From positions 62,001 through 126,000 of the IMG/VR virus record IMGVR_UViG_3300046170_000519: a stretch of 64,000 nt of DNA. The stretch is one strand, 5' to 3'. Below the pieces are notes generated by a model that saw only the letters and a list, made by a program, of their open reading frames with translations, had not been told where the DNA came from and did not search any database. Shown here piece by piece: positions 39,096 through 48,676 of the stretch. Position numbers and translations under genes: made by a program. Numbering within the stretch: position 1 is the first letter of the stretch; every line of letters begins with the position of its first letter.

Positions 39096-39492
39096 TGGTG
39101 GACGTGGGGAGAGTCGAACTCCCGTCTTTAAATCTTCAAAGATATACATCTACAAGTTTAGTTTATTTTTTTTAAAGTTATGATATAAACATCCAACTAA
39201 CTATTTCAATTATTCACTCAAACTTGAGGCCCCCGAATACTCAGTGGTACAGTTTATGAAACAGATAAACTTTTTCTGTTTTGCAGATAGATGACCCCAC
39301 AATCCTTTTATCTGCGTCAAAGGTTGTAAGGTAGCAGATACTAGGCTGCTAAAGCAAGCGAATCGCTGTTTGGCGAGTAAGCTTTGATACGTGACTTGTT
39401 GCCATGTAAACATTTGCACCTTTTTAAGGAGCCAGATGCAACTCCTACTTGCAGTATACTAATTCAATTTAAATCGAATCCAGTACACGCCC
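39096..39492 (-). ncRNA. ssrA: tmRNA; predicted tag (A)GNKSRIKAYSPNSDSLALAA
   Basis: 5' GGGCGTG pairs with 3' CACGTCC-ACCA with G3:U; GGATTCGA after the 5' stem; T-arm GGGAG-TTCGACT-CTCCC; UA-N3-G resume signal; tag frame 39403-39341 ends LALAA-TAG. Confidence 0.93.
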
Positions 39493-39586
39493 ATAAAATT
39501 TTAAAGAACAAGTTGTTGTAGTATTATACCACAAGTTAATTATTTATTACACTTAAATATTGAAATTTTATGTGTATAAATAAGTA

Positions 39587-39661
39587 ATGATTCATCATGT
39601 TACAATTCAACAGTTAATAATATTACTAAGTATAAGTATAGCCTTAGCGTTTTTTTTATGA
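39587..39661 (+). CDS. possible 24-aa hydrophobic peptide MIHHVTIQQLIILLSISIALAFFL
   Basis: preceded by GTGTATAAATA; single TM-like segment; too short to be sure. Confidence 0.3.
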   Translation: MIHHVTIQQLIILLSISIALAFFL

Positions 39662-42121
39662 AGAGAAGTTTACTTCCCCATTTTCATATCTAAAATGTAT
39701 ATTTGATTTCGATTTTATTTTTTTTGCTAGTATTGATTCAGCCACAGGAGTTTCTATATGAGATTGGAATAATCTTTCAATAGGTCTAGCTCCAAGAGAA
39801 ATGTTAGAAAGCTCATCTAGAAAAAAATTAACTAAAGAGTTTTCAAGGAAAATTTTAACTTTGAAGTTATTTTTTGCCATTTTTTTATTCAAATTTGTGA
39901 GATGCTGATTAATTATTCTTTTATAATCTTCATTTGAGAAATCTGAGAAGAAAATAATTTCATCTAATCTGTTAATAAACTCAGGAGAAAAGAAAGATTT
40001 AGCTTTATCAATAACTTTATCTCGTACTATATCTAATTTAGCATCATGATTTTGAAAACCAATATGAGATCCAGAACTTGAACTCATAATTTCACTACCT
40101 ATATTACTCGTTAAAATAATTAAACAATTAGAAAAATCAGCCTGCCTTCCGAAATTATCAAATATTTTCCCCTCATCAAGAATAGATAGCAAACTTTTAA
40201 AGACTTCGGGGTGAGCTTTTTCTACTTCATCAAACAAAATCACACTATAAGGATTCCGACGAACTGAATCGATAAATTTACTACCTTCATCGTAACCAAC
40301 ATAGCCTGGAGAAGATCCAGTAATTTTTGAAACACTGGCTGCCTCACTAAATTCGCCCATGTCCAGCCTGATTAAATTATTTTCACCGCCATAAATGATT
40401 TTAGAAATGATTTTAGCAGTTAAAGTTTTTCCTGTCCCAGTTTTACCCGTTAATAAAAAACAGCCTATAGGTTTTGCTGGATTAGATAGCCCACAGGTAG
40501 ATCTAACTAATGCTCTATAAATAGAATCTAAAGCTTCATCCTGCCCTACAATCTCTTTTTTGAGTTTAGATTTTAAATTCAAAACCTTTTCATCTAAAGA
40601 TAAAGAAATAGAGCTAATCGGTAAGCCTGTTTTTTCAGAGACTAGACGTTCGATATCTTGAGCATTAATGTGAATTTTTTGTTTAGCAATATCTTTCTGC
40701 CAAGAGTCTAAAAGGTTTTGATATTCAATGAAGAGATTATCTATTTTTTCTCCAATAACACCCTTTTTCTTAGAGCAAGACTCTTGAAAATCTTCGTCAA
40801 TTAAATTTTCTAATTTAGATTCAAGATTAATGAGATTCTCTGGTTTTCTATAAAACTTAACTTTAGCCTTAGCTCCAGCTTCATCTATTAAATCAATAGC
40901 TTTATCTGGCAAAAATCTATCATTTAAAAAACGAATACTTAAATCGACAGCTTTTTTAAGAGAGTTTTTTCTATACAAAACCTTATGAAAAGATTCGTAT
41001 TCAGGAGTCAAGCATTCTAAAATTTTAAAACAATCTTCAGGGGAAGGCTCATTTACATACAAAGGTTGAAATCTTCTAGATAACGCTGGATCTCTTTCAA
41101 TGCTTTTTTTAAATTCAGACATTGTGGTTGCTCCAATACAAGAAATGTCACGCCTAGAAAGAAGAGGCTTTAGGATATTAGCCGCATCTAAACCTCCTTC
41201 TGCGCCCCCTGCTCCAATAAGAGTATGTATTTCATCAATAAATAATATGTTATTTGTTCCTACAAAATATTTATCCAAAAGTTTTTTAAAACGTTCTTCG
41301 AATTGTCCTCTATACTTAGTTCCTGAAATTAAATGGTTCAAATTTAAAGAAAAAATAGTTTTTGAACTAAGGTCATTGGGAACTTTTTTTTGAACAATTT
41401 GTTGCGACAAAGCTTCGATTAAAGCTGTTTTGCCGACACCAGCCTCACCTAAAAGAATAGGATTGTTTTTTTGCCTTCTTGATAAAATTTCAGTCAATGA
41501 TTGTATATCACTTGATCTGCAAACAACTTTATCAAAAGCTCCTGAAGCTGCTAAATCATTAAAATTAATTAAAAATTCAGGATTGTTTTTTACAGTTTTT
41601 GTTTCTGTGGGAATGGGAGCATTTTTAGGATTTAGATGCACTTCTTTAGCTTTTAGAAACTTTTTGACATCATCATATTTATGAATAACTTCACCCTCTA
41701 ATATTGTTAAAATATTTTTAGCAAGTTCTTTGGAGTTAATTCCGAAAGAATCCAAGAAGTTTGAAACATCTCGATCTCGAAATAAGCAAACTAAAACATG
41801 CTCTATTCCTACATAATCATGGATGTAAGCTTCTGCAAGCACCACAGACTCTCTAAGAATTTTTTTAAAAGATTTGGAGTAAGTTAATTTATCTATAGAA
41901 AAAGATTTGCTTTCAGACTTTAAGTTTAGAATTTGATCTATATTCATGGAGGAAAGTTCTCCTGATATATTCATTAACTGAAAGATGCTATGTTGAATTT
42001 TAGAAACTCCATACAATAAATGCAAGGGCTCAATGAATTCATGTTCTAAATCAACAGCAAGCCTTTTTGCTATTTTTATAGATTGTTGAACTCTTGGAGT
42101 AAAGTTTGGTAAAATTTCCAT
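39656..42121 (-). CDS. clpC: ClpC/ClpA-type AAA+ protease ATPase subunit
   Basis: Clp-N repeats, GEAGVGKT, GTKYRGQFEER, FIDEIH, RFLPDKAIDL, GKTGTGKT, PGYVGY, FDEVEKAHP, IGF loop, GARP. Confidence 0.9.
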   Translation of the reverse strand: MEILPNFTPRVQQSIKIAKRLAVDLEHEFIEPLHLLYGVSKIQHSIFQLMNISGELSSMNIDQILNLKSESKSFSIDKLTYSKSFKKILRESVVLAEAYIHDYVGIEHVLVCLFRDRDVSNFLDSFGINSKELAKNILTILEGEVIHKYDDVKKFLKAKEVHLNPKNAPIPTETKTVKNNPEFLINFNDLAASGAFDKVVCRSSDIQSLTEILSRRQKNNPILLGEAGVGKTALIEALSQQIVQKKVPNDLSSKTIFSLNLNHLISGTKYRGQFEERFKKLLDKYFVGTNNILFIDEIHTLIGAGGAEGGLDAANILKPLLSRRDISCIGATTMSEFKKSIERDPALSRRFQPLYVNEPSPEDCFKILECLTPEYESFHKVLYRKNSLKKAVDLSIRFLNDRFLPDKAIDLIDEAGAKAKVKFYRKPENLINLESKLENLIDEDFQESCSKKKGVIGEKIDNLFIEYQNLLDSWQKDIAKQKIHINAQDIERLVSEKTGLPISSISLSLDEKVLNLKSKLKKEIVGQDEALDSIYRALVRSTCGLSNPAKPIGCFLLTGKTGTGKTLTAKIISKIIYGGENNLIRLDMGEFSEAASVSKITGSSPGYVGYDEGSKFIDSVRRNPYSVILFDEVEKAHPEVFKSLLSILDEGKIFDNFGRQADFSNCLIILTSNIGSEIMSSSSGSHIGFQNHDAKLDIVRDKVIDKAKSFFSPEFINRLDEIIFFSDFSNEDYKRIINQHLTNLNKKMAKNNFKVKIFLENSLVNFFLDELSNISLGARPIERLFQSHIETPVAESILAKKIKSKSNIHFRYENGEVNFSS

Positions 42122-44694
42122 TATTTCAAATCTCCTAACTTCATAAATATTTTTTCTTTTAACAACATTAAAGAGTCTACAAAGACAATATCATTGTGTT
42201 TTGACCCAATGAATGAAACTATATCATCTTTCACTGGCAAAACTTTACCTTGATCTATGTATTCTGAATATTTATTACCTCTAGCATTATCCATAAACAT
42301 AGCTGAATATGATCCGTATTCATCTGAGATTATCATTTTAAAATATTTATTACCATTTCTACTTACACCTTTATAGAAATCTTTTATAACTCCTATAAAT
42401 TTTCCACGACATCTTTCTTCACTGTAAAAATTTAAAGAATTGTAAATGTTTTCTGTGTCTTGGAATACAGATTTTAAATCACAACTATAGCTATAGCCTA
42501 AAAGCTGTGTTTCAAAATACCAATTCGCAAACTTTTCGTACTTGCTGTTTTGTAGATAAATTTCTTTATACTTTGAATATTTAGCTTTAAAATTCTTGAA
42601 CCTCGAATCTTTCATGAAAAGTTTCCCGTCAGAACAAATTAAACCTTTTTCACTTTCCGCTATAATGTTCAATAATTTATTATCGTATTTATCAGCAAGC
42701 TCTACAACCATCTTCTTTTCTCTATCTGTTAGTAAATTAAAAGATTGAGCTTCAAGAACTAAGAGGGGGCGAGAACAAGAATAATTGGGTAGGCAACCAG
42801 CTTGAATTAAAGAAGAAAGTATTCCTATATTTAACCCTGCACTTTTAGCTGAAATAAAAATGTTAAATTTATTTGGGTCTAAATTATCTCTAAATTTACT
42901 CAGGGATTCTAAAGATTTTTCACTAACCCCTTTTATACTATTGAGCCCAAAGCGTAAATTGTCACCTTCTTTGCTGAAATCCATCTGCGACCTTTCTAGG
43001 TCTGGGGGGAGTAATTTTATATTAAAAAAGCTCAACTCTTGAGAAATTTTGTTAATTTCATCTTGCTGACAAGGCTCGAATTTACTCATTTTAAGTAAGC
43101 TTAAGAAAAAATCCTGAGGGAAATTAAATTTTAGGTAGACCGTCCAAGATGCAAGCATAGCATAGGCTATCGAATGGCTTTTGTTAAAAGAATAATTTGC
43201 ACTATCCTCAGCGACTTTCCACAAAATATCCGACACCTCAATTGGGTAATTGTTTTCCTCAATTTTTTGCTGTATTTTCTGTTTCCAAGCTGGCATAAGA
43301 TCAGTTTTTTTCTTGCCAACAATTCTCCTGAGCTGCTCAGCCTCATCTAGAGAAAAACCTACAGCAACAACCATTTTCATTAACTGCTCTTGATATAAGG
43401 GTATTCCTCCTGTGTAGGACAAAATCTCTTTAAAGAAGTCGTGAATGATATTAGAGCAACCAGTTTTTACAAAATCCGCATAGGAATCAGAGAATTCCAA
43501 TGCTCCTGGTCTGGCTAGAGCTATTGTAGCACTAACCTGCTCAAGGTTACCTGGCTTAATTGACTGACAAACTCTATAGTTGGTTTCAGCTTCAATTTGA
43601 AACAGCCCATGAGGAGATCTTATTTGATTTTTTAGGGGAGAATAGATTGATTCGTCAGATAAGTCGATAGAGTTTACATCTATAGATAAAGATTTGCAAA
43701 CACCATGGATTACACTCAAGGTTCTTAAACCTAGAATGTCAAATTTAACCATCAACTCCGACACCCAATTCATATCATAAGCTGTAATGACAGCGCCTTC
43801 ATTAGTTGATTGTAATGGACATATCTCAGATATTTTATAATAAGATATAGCTATTCCTGAGGGATGGACTCCTGTGTTCTTGTTTAAACCTTCTATTTTT
43901 TTAGCTATGCCTATGCATTTTTTATTAGACTTAGCCCAAGAACTAAATCTTTCGCTCTCTTTAAGTGACTGAGAAATAGAGTGAACTTTTCCGAATTTTT
44001 TTGGTATATAGTCGCTTAAAATGTTTACCTCTTTTTCTGATAAATCGTTTACAATTTTACCACATTCTTTAATGCAAAGTTTACTGCTAAGCCTGTTAAG
44101 AGTTAAGATTTTAGCAGTTCTGTTAGGGTTTTTTTTGTCTATATAAGATAAAACTTTCTGACGATGCTCATAAGCAATATCGTTGTCGATATCAGCCAGT
44201 AGACTTCCATCCAGAAAAACTTCTCCATTTAATTCTGTTTTTTTTGCTCTACTTTTAGAAACAAAACGCTCGAAGAATAAATCATATTTTACTGGGTCTA
44301 CATTAGTGACATTAATTAGAAATAAAACTAAAGAACCTGCAGCAGAGCCTCTCCCTGGCCCAACTGGGATATCATTTTCGTGACAAAAATTAATAATATC
44401 CCAATTTAACAAAATGTAATCAACAAAACCTAATTCTTCTAAAGTATCTAACTCATAACTTAATCTTGAGACATAATTGTCATAAGAATGTAATTCAGAA
44501 AAAAAAGATTGGTCTAGAGAATTTAACCTCTGTTCGCACAAAGCTTTTAAGAAAGAAAAATTACTAACTTTATCTGATAACCCAACCTTAGTATAATATT
44601 TTTTTGAAATTTTTATTTTAGGAAGCTTTACTCCAGGAGGAGTTGAACCAGCATAACTTGAAAACTTTTTTAAAAAATTATTTTTACAATTCAT
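42121..44694 (-). CDS. dnaE: DNA polymerase III alpha, catalytic part lacking the PHP domain
   Basis: GPGRGSAAGSL, LFFERF, ADIDND, HPSG, KFDILGL, G.FQ, YQEQ.M, YSFNKSH, RFGL..IKGV, C-terminal OB fold. Confidence 0.92.
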   Translation of the reverse strand: MNCKNNFLKKFSSYAGSTPPGVKLPKIKISKKYYTKVGLSDKVSNFSFLKALCEQRLNSLDQSFFSELHSYDNYVSRLSYELDTLEELGFVDYILLNWDIINFCHENDIPVGPGRGSAAGSLVLFLINVTNVDPVKYDLFFERFVSKSRAKKTELNGEVFLDGSLLADIDNDIAYEHRQKVLSYIDKKNPNRTAKILTLNRLSSKLCIKECGKIVNDLSEKEVNILSDYIPKKFGKVHSISQSLKESERFSSWAKSNKKCIGIAKKIEGLNKNTGVHPSGIAISYYKISEICPLQSTNEGAVITAYDMNWVSELMVKFDILGLRTLSVIHGVCKSLSIDVNSIDLSDESIYSPLKNQIRSPHGLFQIEAETNYRVCQSIKPGNLEQVSATIALARPGALEFSDSYADFVKTGCSNIIHDFFKEILSYTGGIPLYQEQLMKMVVAVGFSLDEAEQLRRIVGKKKTDLMPAWKQKIQQKIEENNYPIEVSDILWKVAEDSANYSFNKSHSIAYAMLASWTVYLKFNFPQDFFLSLLKMSKFEPCQQDEINKISQELSFFNIKLLPPDLERSQMDFSKEGDNLRFGLNSIKGVSEKSLESLSKFRDNLDPNKFNIFISAKSAGLNIGILSSLIQAGCLPNYSCSRPLLVLEAQSFNLLTDREKKMVVELADKYDNKLLNIIAESEKGLICSDGKLFMKDSRFKNFKAKYSKYKEIYLQNSKYEKFANWYFETQLLGYSYSCDLKSVFQDTENIYNSLNFYSEERCRGKFIGVIKDFYKGVSRNGNKYFKMIISDEYGSYSAMFMDNARGNKYSEYIDQGKVLPVKDDIVSFIGSKHNDIVFVDSLMLLKEKIFMKLGDLK

Positions 44695-45322
44695 ATTTCC
44701 ATAGCATTTTATTGAATACTTCTAGATTTTTTTCTATATCATATAAAGCATCATGAAGTTTAGAGCTATCAAATTCAATTTGATATTTTTCGCATAAAAA
44801 TTTTAAGTTAGTTTTTAAGCCTTTTTTTCTTAAATTAGTTAATTTAAACTGCCATAATAAAAAATTACTAAAATCTATATCTAAGTCTAAAGCTGTTGAT
44901 TTAGCTAAACAGTTGGTGTCAATAGCTCTATTTAGGTAAGAGTAATCTGTTTTAAGATTACAAAGGTTTCTGTGAATATTGTGAATATAAATATCAAAAG
45001 ATAAAATGTTGTGACCAACAACATAGTATTCTTCATTGTATAAATAGCTATCAAATTTTTGAAGACATGATTTGGGGCAGAGAGCCTCAGATTCATAAGT
45101 CGATTTATTAAAACCTGTAACTTTAGCAGCTTCTTCAGAAATGTTTAAAGGATCCCAGCGTAAATAAAAATTAAATCTTTCAATAATTTTTTGACCATGG
45201 CAAACTAAAAAAGCTAATTGCCAAGGTTTATTTTCTGTTGAAACTAAATTTAAATTACAAGTCTCATAATCGAAAATTATAAATTTCCTATCTTTTTTAA
45301 AACGCATTAAAGAATCTTTCAT
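44684..45322 (-). CDS. DEDDh 3'-5' exonuclease (DnaQ-like)
   Basis: FDYET, GHN...FD, IDT, HDALYD. Confidence 0.88.
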   Translation of the reverse strand: MKDSLMRFKKDRKFIIFDYETCNLNLVSTENKPWQLAFLVCHGQKIIERFNFYLRWDPLNISEEAAKVTGFNKSTYESEALCPKSCLQKFDSYLYNEEYYVVGHNILSFDIYIHNIHRNLCNLKTDYSYLNRAIDTNCLAKSTALDLDIDFSNFLLWQFKLTNLRKKGLKTNLKFLCEKYQIEFDSSKLHDALYDIEKNLEVFNKMLWKYEL

Positions 45323-46068
45323 GATTGAATTTCAGATAAATAACTTTCAAAAGAAAAATCACTACTCCCAAAACCTGATAGATTTGGATTAGATAGAGTA
45401 GATTGTCTTGAAAAGTTTCTATTACAAATGCACTTGTACGTTTGAAAAGCTTCTACATCAGATTTTTTATTATACAATATTGTTTTTGTTTTTAAAGTTT
45501 GCAAAGAATGGTTCGAGCAATACTGATTAACACTATCTTCTAGAAGATTGTCTATAGGAAGGTTATTATTCTCTATAAAAAAGATAGGCTTAGCAAAATC
45601 AAAATTTGGCATACAAGTAGAAAAGGAAAAATTATTTTTATACAAAAAAGAATCGTAGAAAGGTATGGCTAGAAGCAAATGTTTATCGCTCCAGTGTTGG
45701 GAGATAAGATCGTTAGTGCATACCCCTTGGTTATTACAATGTGTATCACTGTACAATAAATTTAATTTATTGCAACCTTCTTTACTCCTCGCAAAAACAA
45801 TAATTTTATGTTCGTCATCTTTAGAGTCTAGGGAGCACTGCATATTAAAGATCAAACCAAAAACAAAATTTATGCCCGAAAAATCTGAAACTTTTTGAGC
45901 TTGCAAAAAACCTGTTGGTGAATTTTCAACCAAAGTTAGATCATTAATTTTATTATTTATTAATAAATCAAAAATTGAATCAGCAGATTCCGAATCTGTT
46001 TCTCCAGGCTCATTTAAGGTTAGAATACTTTTTCCAATACTATAATGCGATTTAAATAAAGGTAGCAT
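45319..46068 (-). CDS. stand-alone PHP domain of DNA polymerase III alpha
   Basis: FKSHYSIGKSIL, GF......FG, FA....G...L..L.S; metal ligands appear degenerate. Confidence 0.78.
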   Translation of the reverse strand: MLPLFKSHYSIGKSILTLNEPGETDSESADSIFDLLINNKINDLTLVENSPTGFLQAQKVSDFSGINFVFGLIFNMQCSLDSKDDEHKIIVFARSKEGCNKLNLLYSDTHCNNQGVCTNDLISQHWSDKHLLLAIPFYDSFLYKNNFSFSTCMPNFDFAKPIFFIENNNLPIDNLLEDSVNQYCSNHSLQTLKTKTILYNKKSDVEAFQTYKCICNRNFSRQSTLSNPNLSGFGSSDFSFESYLSEIQS

Positions 46069-46084
46069 AATTAATACACTTTAC

Positions 46085-46113
46085 ATATTAGCAAAAAAAT
46101 CCTTAAAAGTCAA
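46085..46113 (-). promoter_or_regulatory. sigma70 promoter TTGACT-17-(TGc)TAATAT
   Basis: upstream of the polymerase cluster; extended -10. Confidence 0.65.
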
Positions 46114-46116
46114 GGA

Positions 46117-46425
46117 TTATCGATAAGAATTCAATAAAGAAATAACCTTGTTCAAATTAAATGAAGAAATTTTTGAAACTATAATATCTCCTTTATGGGG
46201 ACTCATGTAAGTTCCGCTTTCTTGCTCTAAATCAGTGATTAAATAAGAAATAAAATCATGTGCCCCGTGCTGTTTTAACCAATTCCAATAAAGAGTTCTT
46301 GTGCCAACCCTACAATTTAATAGAATATCTTCGAAGATATAAACTTTACCATATAAAGTTATATCTCTAAATGAGTTTATTTCACTTGGAGGTTCACACA
46401 AGGATGAATCTATGATTAACTTCAC
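46117..46425 (-). CDS. hypothetical protein
   Basis: GTG start preceded by GTGTATACAC. Confidence 0.55.
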   Translation of the reverse strand: MKLIIDSSLCEPPSEINSFRDITLYGKVYIFEDILLNCRVGTRTLYWNWLKQHGAHDFISYLITDLEQESGTYMSPHKGDIIVSKISSFNLNKVISLLNSYR

Positions 46426-46439
46426 AAAAGTGTATACAC

Positions 46440-46462
46440 AAAAAAGCTCTCCGAAGAGAGCT
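46440..46462 (-). terminator. intrinsic terminator
   Basis: AGCTCTC-TTCG-GAGAGCT hairpin followed by TTTTT on the minus strand. Confidence 0.75.
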
Positions 46463-46554
46463 GATAAATTATAGAATTTTTATTTTTTTAGATTTTTCGG
46501 GAAGTTTCTTTACGAAACCTTCAAATATATTTTTGCATTAAGTATGCCAAAAAA

Positions 46555-47622
46555 CTATAAACCTAAATCATCATTTAGCGAAGAAGGAAATTTAGGACAA
46601 CCTTCATAAAAAAGCTTTTCTATGTACTCTCCTTCGCTAGAGTTTGCTTTCAAGGTATGCTTATCTGAGGATTTAACGCTTTGGATAACTTCTCCAGAGG
46701 AACTTTTCACAACCCAATACTCAAATGGAAATTTATAATTGCAATGCCACATGGGTGTGCCATCTTTTTTTAACTGACCTGGCTTCTTTGCGAAACCGCA
46801 GGACAATGGACCTGAAAAACTTTTATCATCTGGAAACGGTTGGTCGGCTGCAAAGTTGGAGCAAGCAGTATCATAATTAAAATTGTCCAAATAATTTTGA
46901 ATTTCAGTTAAGTGATGCTCAAAGCCTTCTATTTCATTCAGAGACATTGGCTCCATTTTTAAAACACCCTCCCCATCTAAACCAAGTAAATCTTGCTCTA
47001 AATCAAATTTTAAAAATAAAAATTCAGTACTCAATTCTTCGCAATCAGGGTACATTTTTTTAACAGCTAAACAATATATTAAATTTTGGAGATTATCTGT
47101 AATTTCAGAGCCAGAGTAAACTTTTTTACTTGTTTTAAAATCTCTAATTACAGCCCTTTTCCCTTTGTCATACAAAAAAAGTTTATCTATAAACCCATAT
47201 ATGTAATAATTTAAATCTCCATCAGAAACAGTAATATCAAAAGTTTTTTCAGAAAAAGATTCAAAGGGAGCTTCTTCTGAGTCTCCATAAAAATCATAAC
47301 TCAATCCGTTAACAATGAAATTATCTATTAAATCTAAATCTTCAATCGAATTAACAGGAGGATTTTGTTCAGAAGCTTGAATTTCAACTAATTTTGATAC
47401 AGCTTTTGAGCCTTTTATGGATTTATTTTTTAATATATTTTTGTAATGCTTTTTATGTCTATCTTTACCTAAGTATTCAAAAACGTTATGACAAACACTA
47501 CCTCTAGAAGCTCCAGTATTAGAACTATCTGGAATATGATTTACATATTTGCACCAATAGACCCATGAGCATTTTTCAGCTGTAGAGATTCTACTTGCTG
47601 ATAATCGTACTTTATTTTTCAT
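46555..47622 (-). CDS. PD-(D/E)XK RecB/AddB-like exonuclease
   Basis: LSASRI...C, G...H...E, E..F, GFIDKL, IRDFKTSK, Q...Y. Confidence 0.82.
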   Translation of the reverse strand: MKNKVRLSASRISTAEKCSWVYWCKYVNHIPDSSNTGASRGSVCHNVFEYLGKDRHKKHYKNILKNKSIKGSKAVSKLVEIQASEQNPPVNSIEDLDLIDNFIVNGLSYDFYGDSEEAPFESFSEKTFDITVSDGDLNYYIYGFIDKLFLYDKGKRAVIRDFKTSKKVYSGSEITDNLQNLIYCLAVKKMYPDCEELSTEFLFLKFDLEQDLLGLDGEGVLKMEPMSLNEIEGFEHHLTEIQNYLDNFNYDTACSNFAADQPFPDDKSFSGPLSCGFAKKPGQLKKDGTPMWHCNYKFPFEYWVVKSSSGEVIQSVKSSDKHTLKANSSEGEYIEKLFYEGCPKFPSSLNDDLGL

Positions 47623-47623
47623 A

Positions 47624-48670
47624 TTATAAATGTTTTATATTTTGATATATATTTTTTGAAATTTTATTTTTCAAGAAATAACGTTTTGATATTGTTTTAA
47701 CATGCGCTATGATACTTTCATGATTTTTCGAATTAAATTGTTTTTTTTTGAGCCAATTCTCGAAATCAGAATCTTTCATTTCACCGAAATCAGACTTAGT
47801 AGGTAGGCAAATATTTATAGTAGTAGAATTAAAACAAGAAAGGAGTTTTAAAAAGTTTTTTACAGCACTAAATTGACCAGCATTAAAATCTTTCCCTATA
47901 TCATTATTGAAGCAGAGCCAAATTTTTGATAAATTAAAACCCATTAGATTGGATAAGAGTGAGGGTGAGATATCTAAACCAAAAGTAACTAAAACATTTT
48001 TAAAGCCTCTTTCAAAAAGAGATAACATATCTCCAATACTTTCAACGATGTAAACTTCCCGTGAAGATATTATAGAATTCAAAACAGGATAGCTACCGTC
48101 ACTATCTTGACAGAAACAAGGATAAATCCATTGAGTTTTTTTACCCATATGTTTCCATTTCGGCCTACTAGAACCATCTAACATATCTCTACCAGCAAAA
48201 CCATGAATTTGGTTTAATTTATTAAATATTGGAAAGACATACCTTTGGTACATAATACCTGATGTACACATGCCAGATTTTAAAAATTGAAGGGTATTGG
48301 GAGTGATATCTCTATTAATATAGAAAGAATAGTGAGGTAGAAGATTATTTAATTCACTAAAATCGAAAATTTTTTCTTGAGAAATTTTTAATTTTTGATT
48401 GGAAGATCTGCTCACCCTATTGTTTAAAGAAAAGTCTTTTAGTATTTCTTGGGAAGATTCTTTTCCGACAGTTTTCTCAACCAATGCTGAAAAAGGTAAG
48501 AAGTTTTCGCCTGCAACATAATCTTTCCAGACACCTGACTCTTTGTATATTTGGAGAGCTCTAGGGTTATCACCACCTCTAAATACTGCGGAAGATTGCC
48601 AGTAATCCCCCATATCAAGTAGGGGGTAGCCTAAATTTTCTAAAACAGCTTTACAAACAGAACTATTCAT
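47624..48670 (-). CDS. DnaG-like primase (TOPRIM)
   Basis: R..FPI......GFAGR, PKWKH, IVESIGD, FG, NND...AG, DFGEM; lies next to dnaB. Confidence 0.78.
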   Translation of the reverse strand: MNSSVCKAVLENLGYPLLDMGDYWQSSAVFRGGDNPRALQIYKESGVWKDYVAGENFLPFSALVEKTVGKESSQEILKDFSLNNRVSRSSNQKLKISQEKIFDFSELNNLLPHYSFYINRDITPNTLQFLKSGMCTSGIMYQRYVFPIFNKLNQIHGFAGRDMLDGSSRPKWKHMGKKTQWIYPCFCQDSDGSYPVLNSIISSREVYIVESIGDMLSLFERGFKNVLVTFGLDISPSLLSNLMGFNLSKIWLCFNNDIGKDFNAGQFSAVKNFLKLLSCFNSTTINICLPTKSDFGEMKDSDFENWLKKKQFNSKNHESIIAHVKTISKRYFLKNKISKNIYQNIKHL

Positions 48671-48676
48671 TCAACA

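Noticed and set aside
39210-39419. 69-aa ORF in the track
   Set aside because: It lies inside the tmRNA in a different frame from the tag peptide.
42121-46068. Intein or group I intron splitting dnaE
   Set aside because: No intein terminal motifs and no non-coding gaps; the middle ORF is a DEDDh exonuclease, not a homing endonuclease.
46555-47622. Cas4 call for the PD-(D/E)XK nuclease
   Set aside because: It sits in a dnaB-primase replication cluster with no CRISPR context; a RecB/AddB-like exonuclease is the simpler reading.
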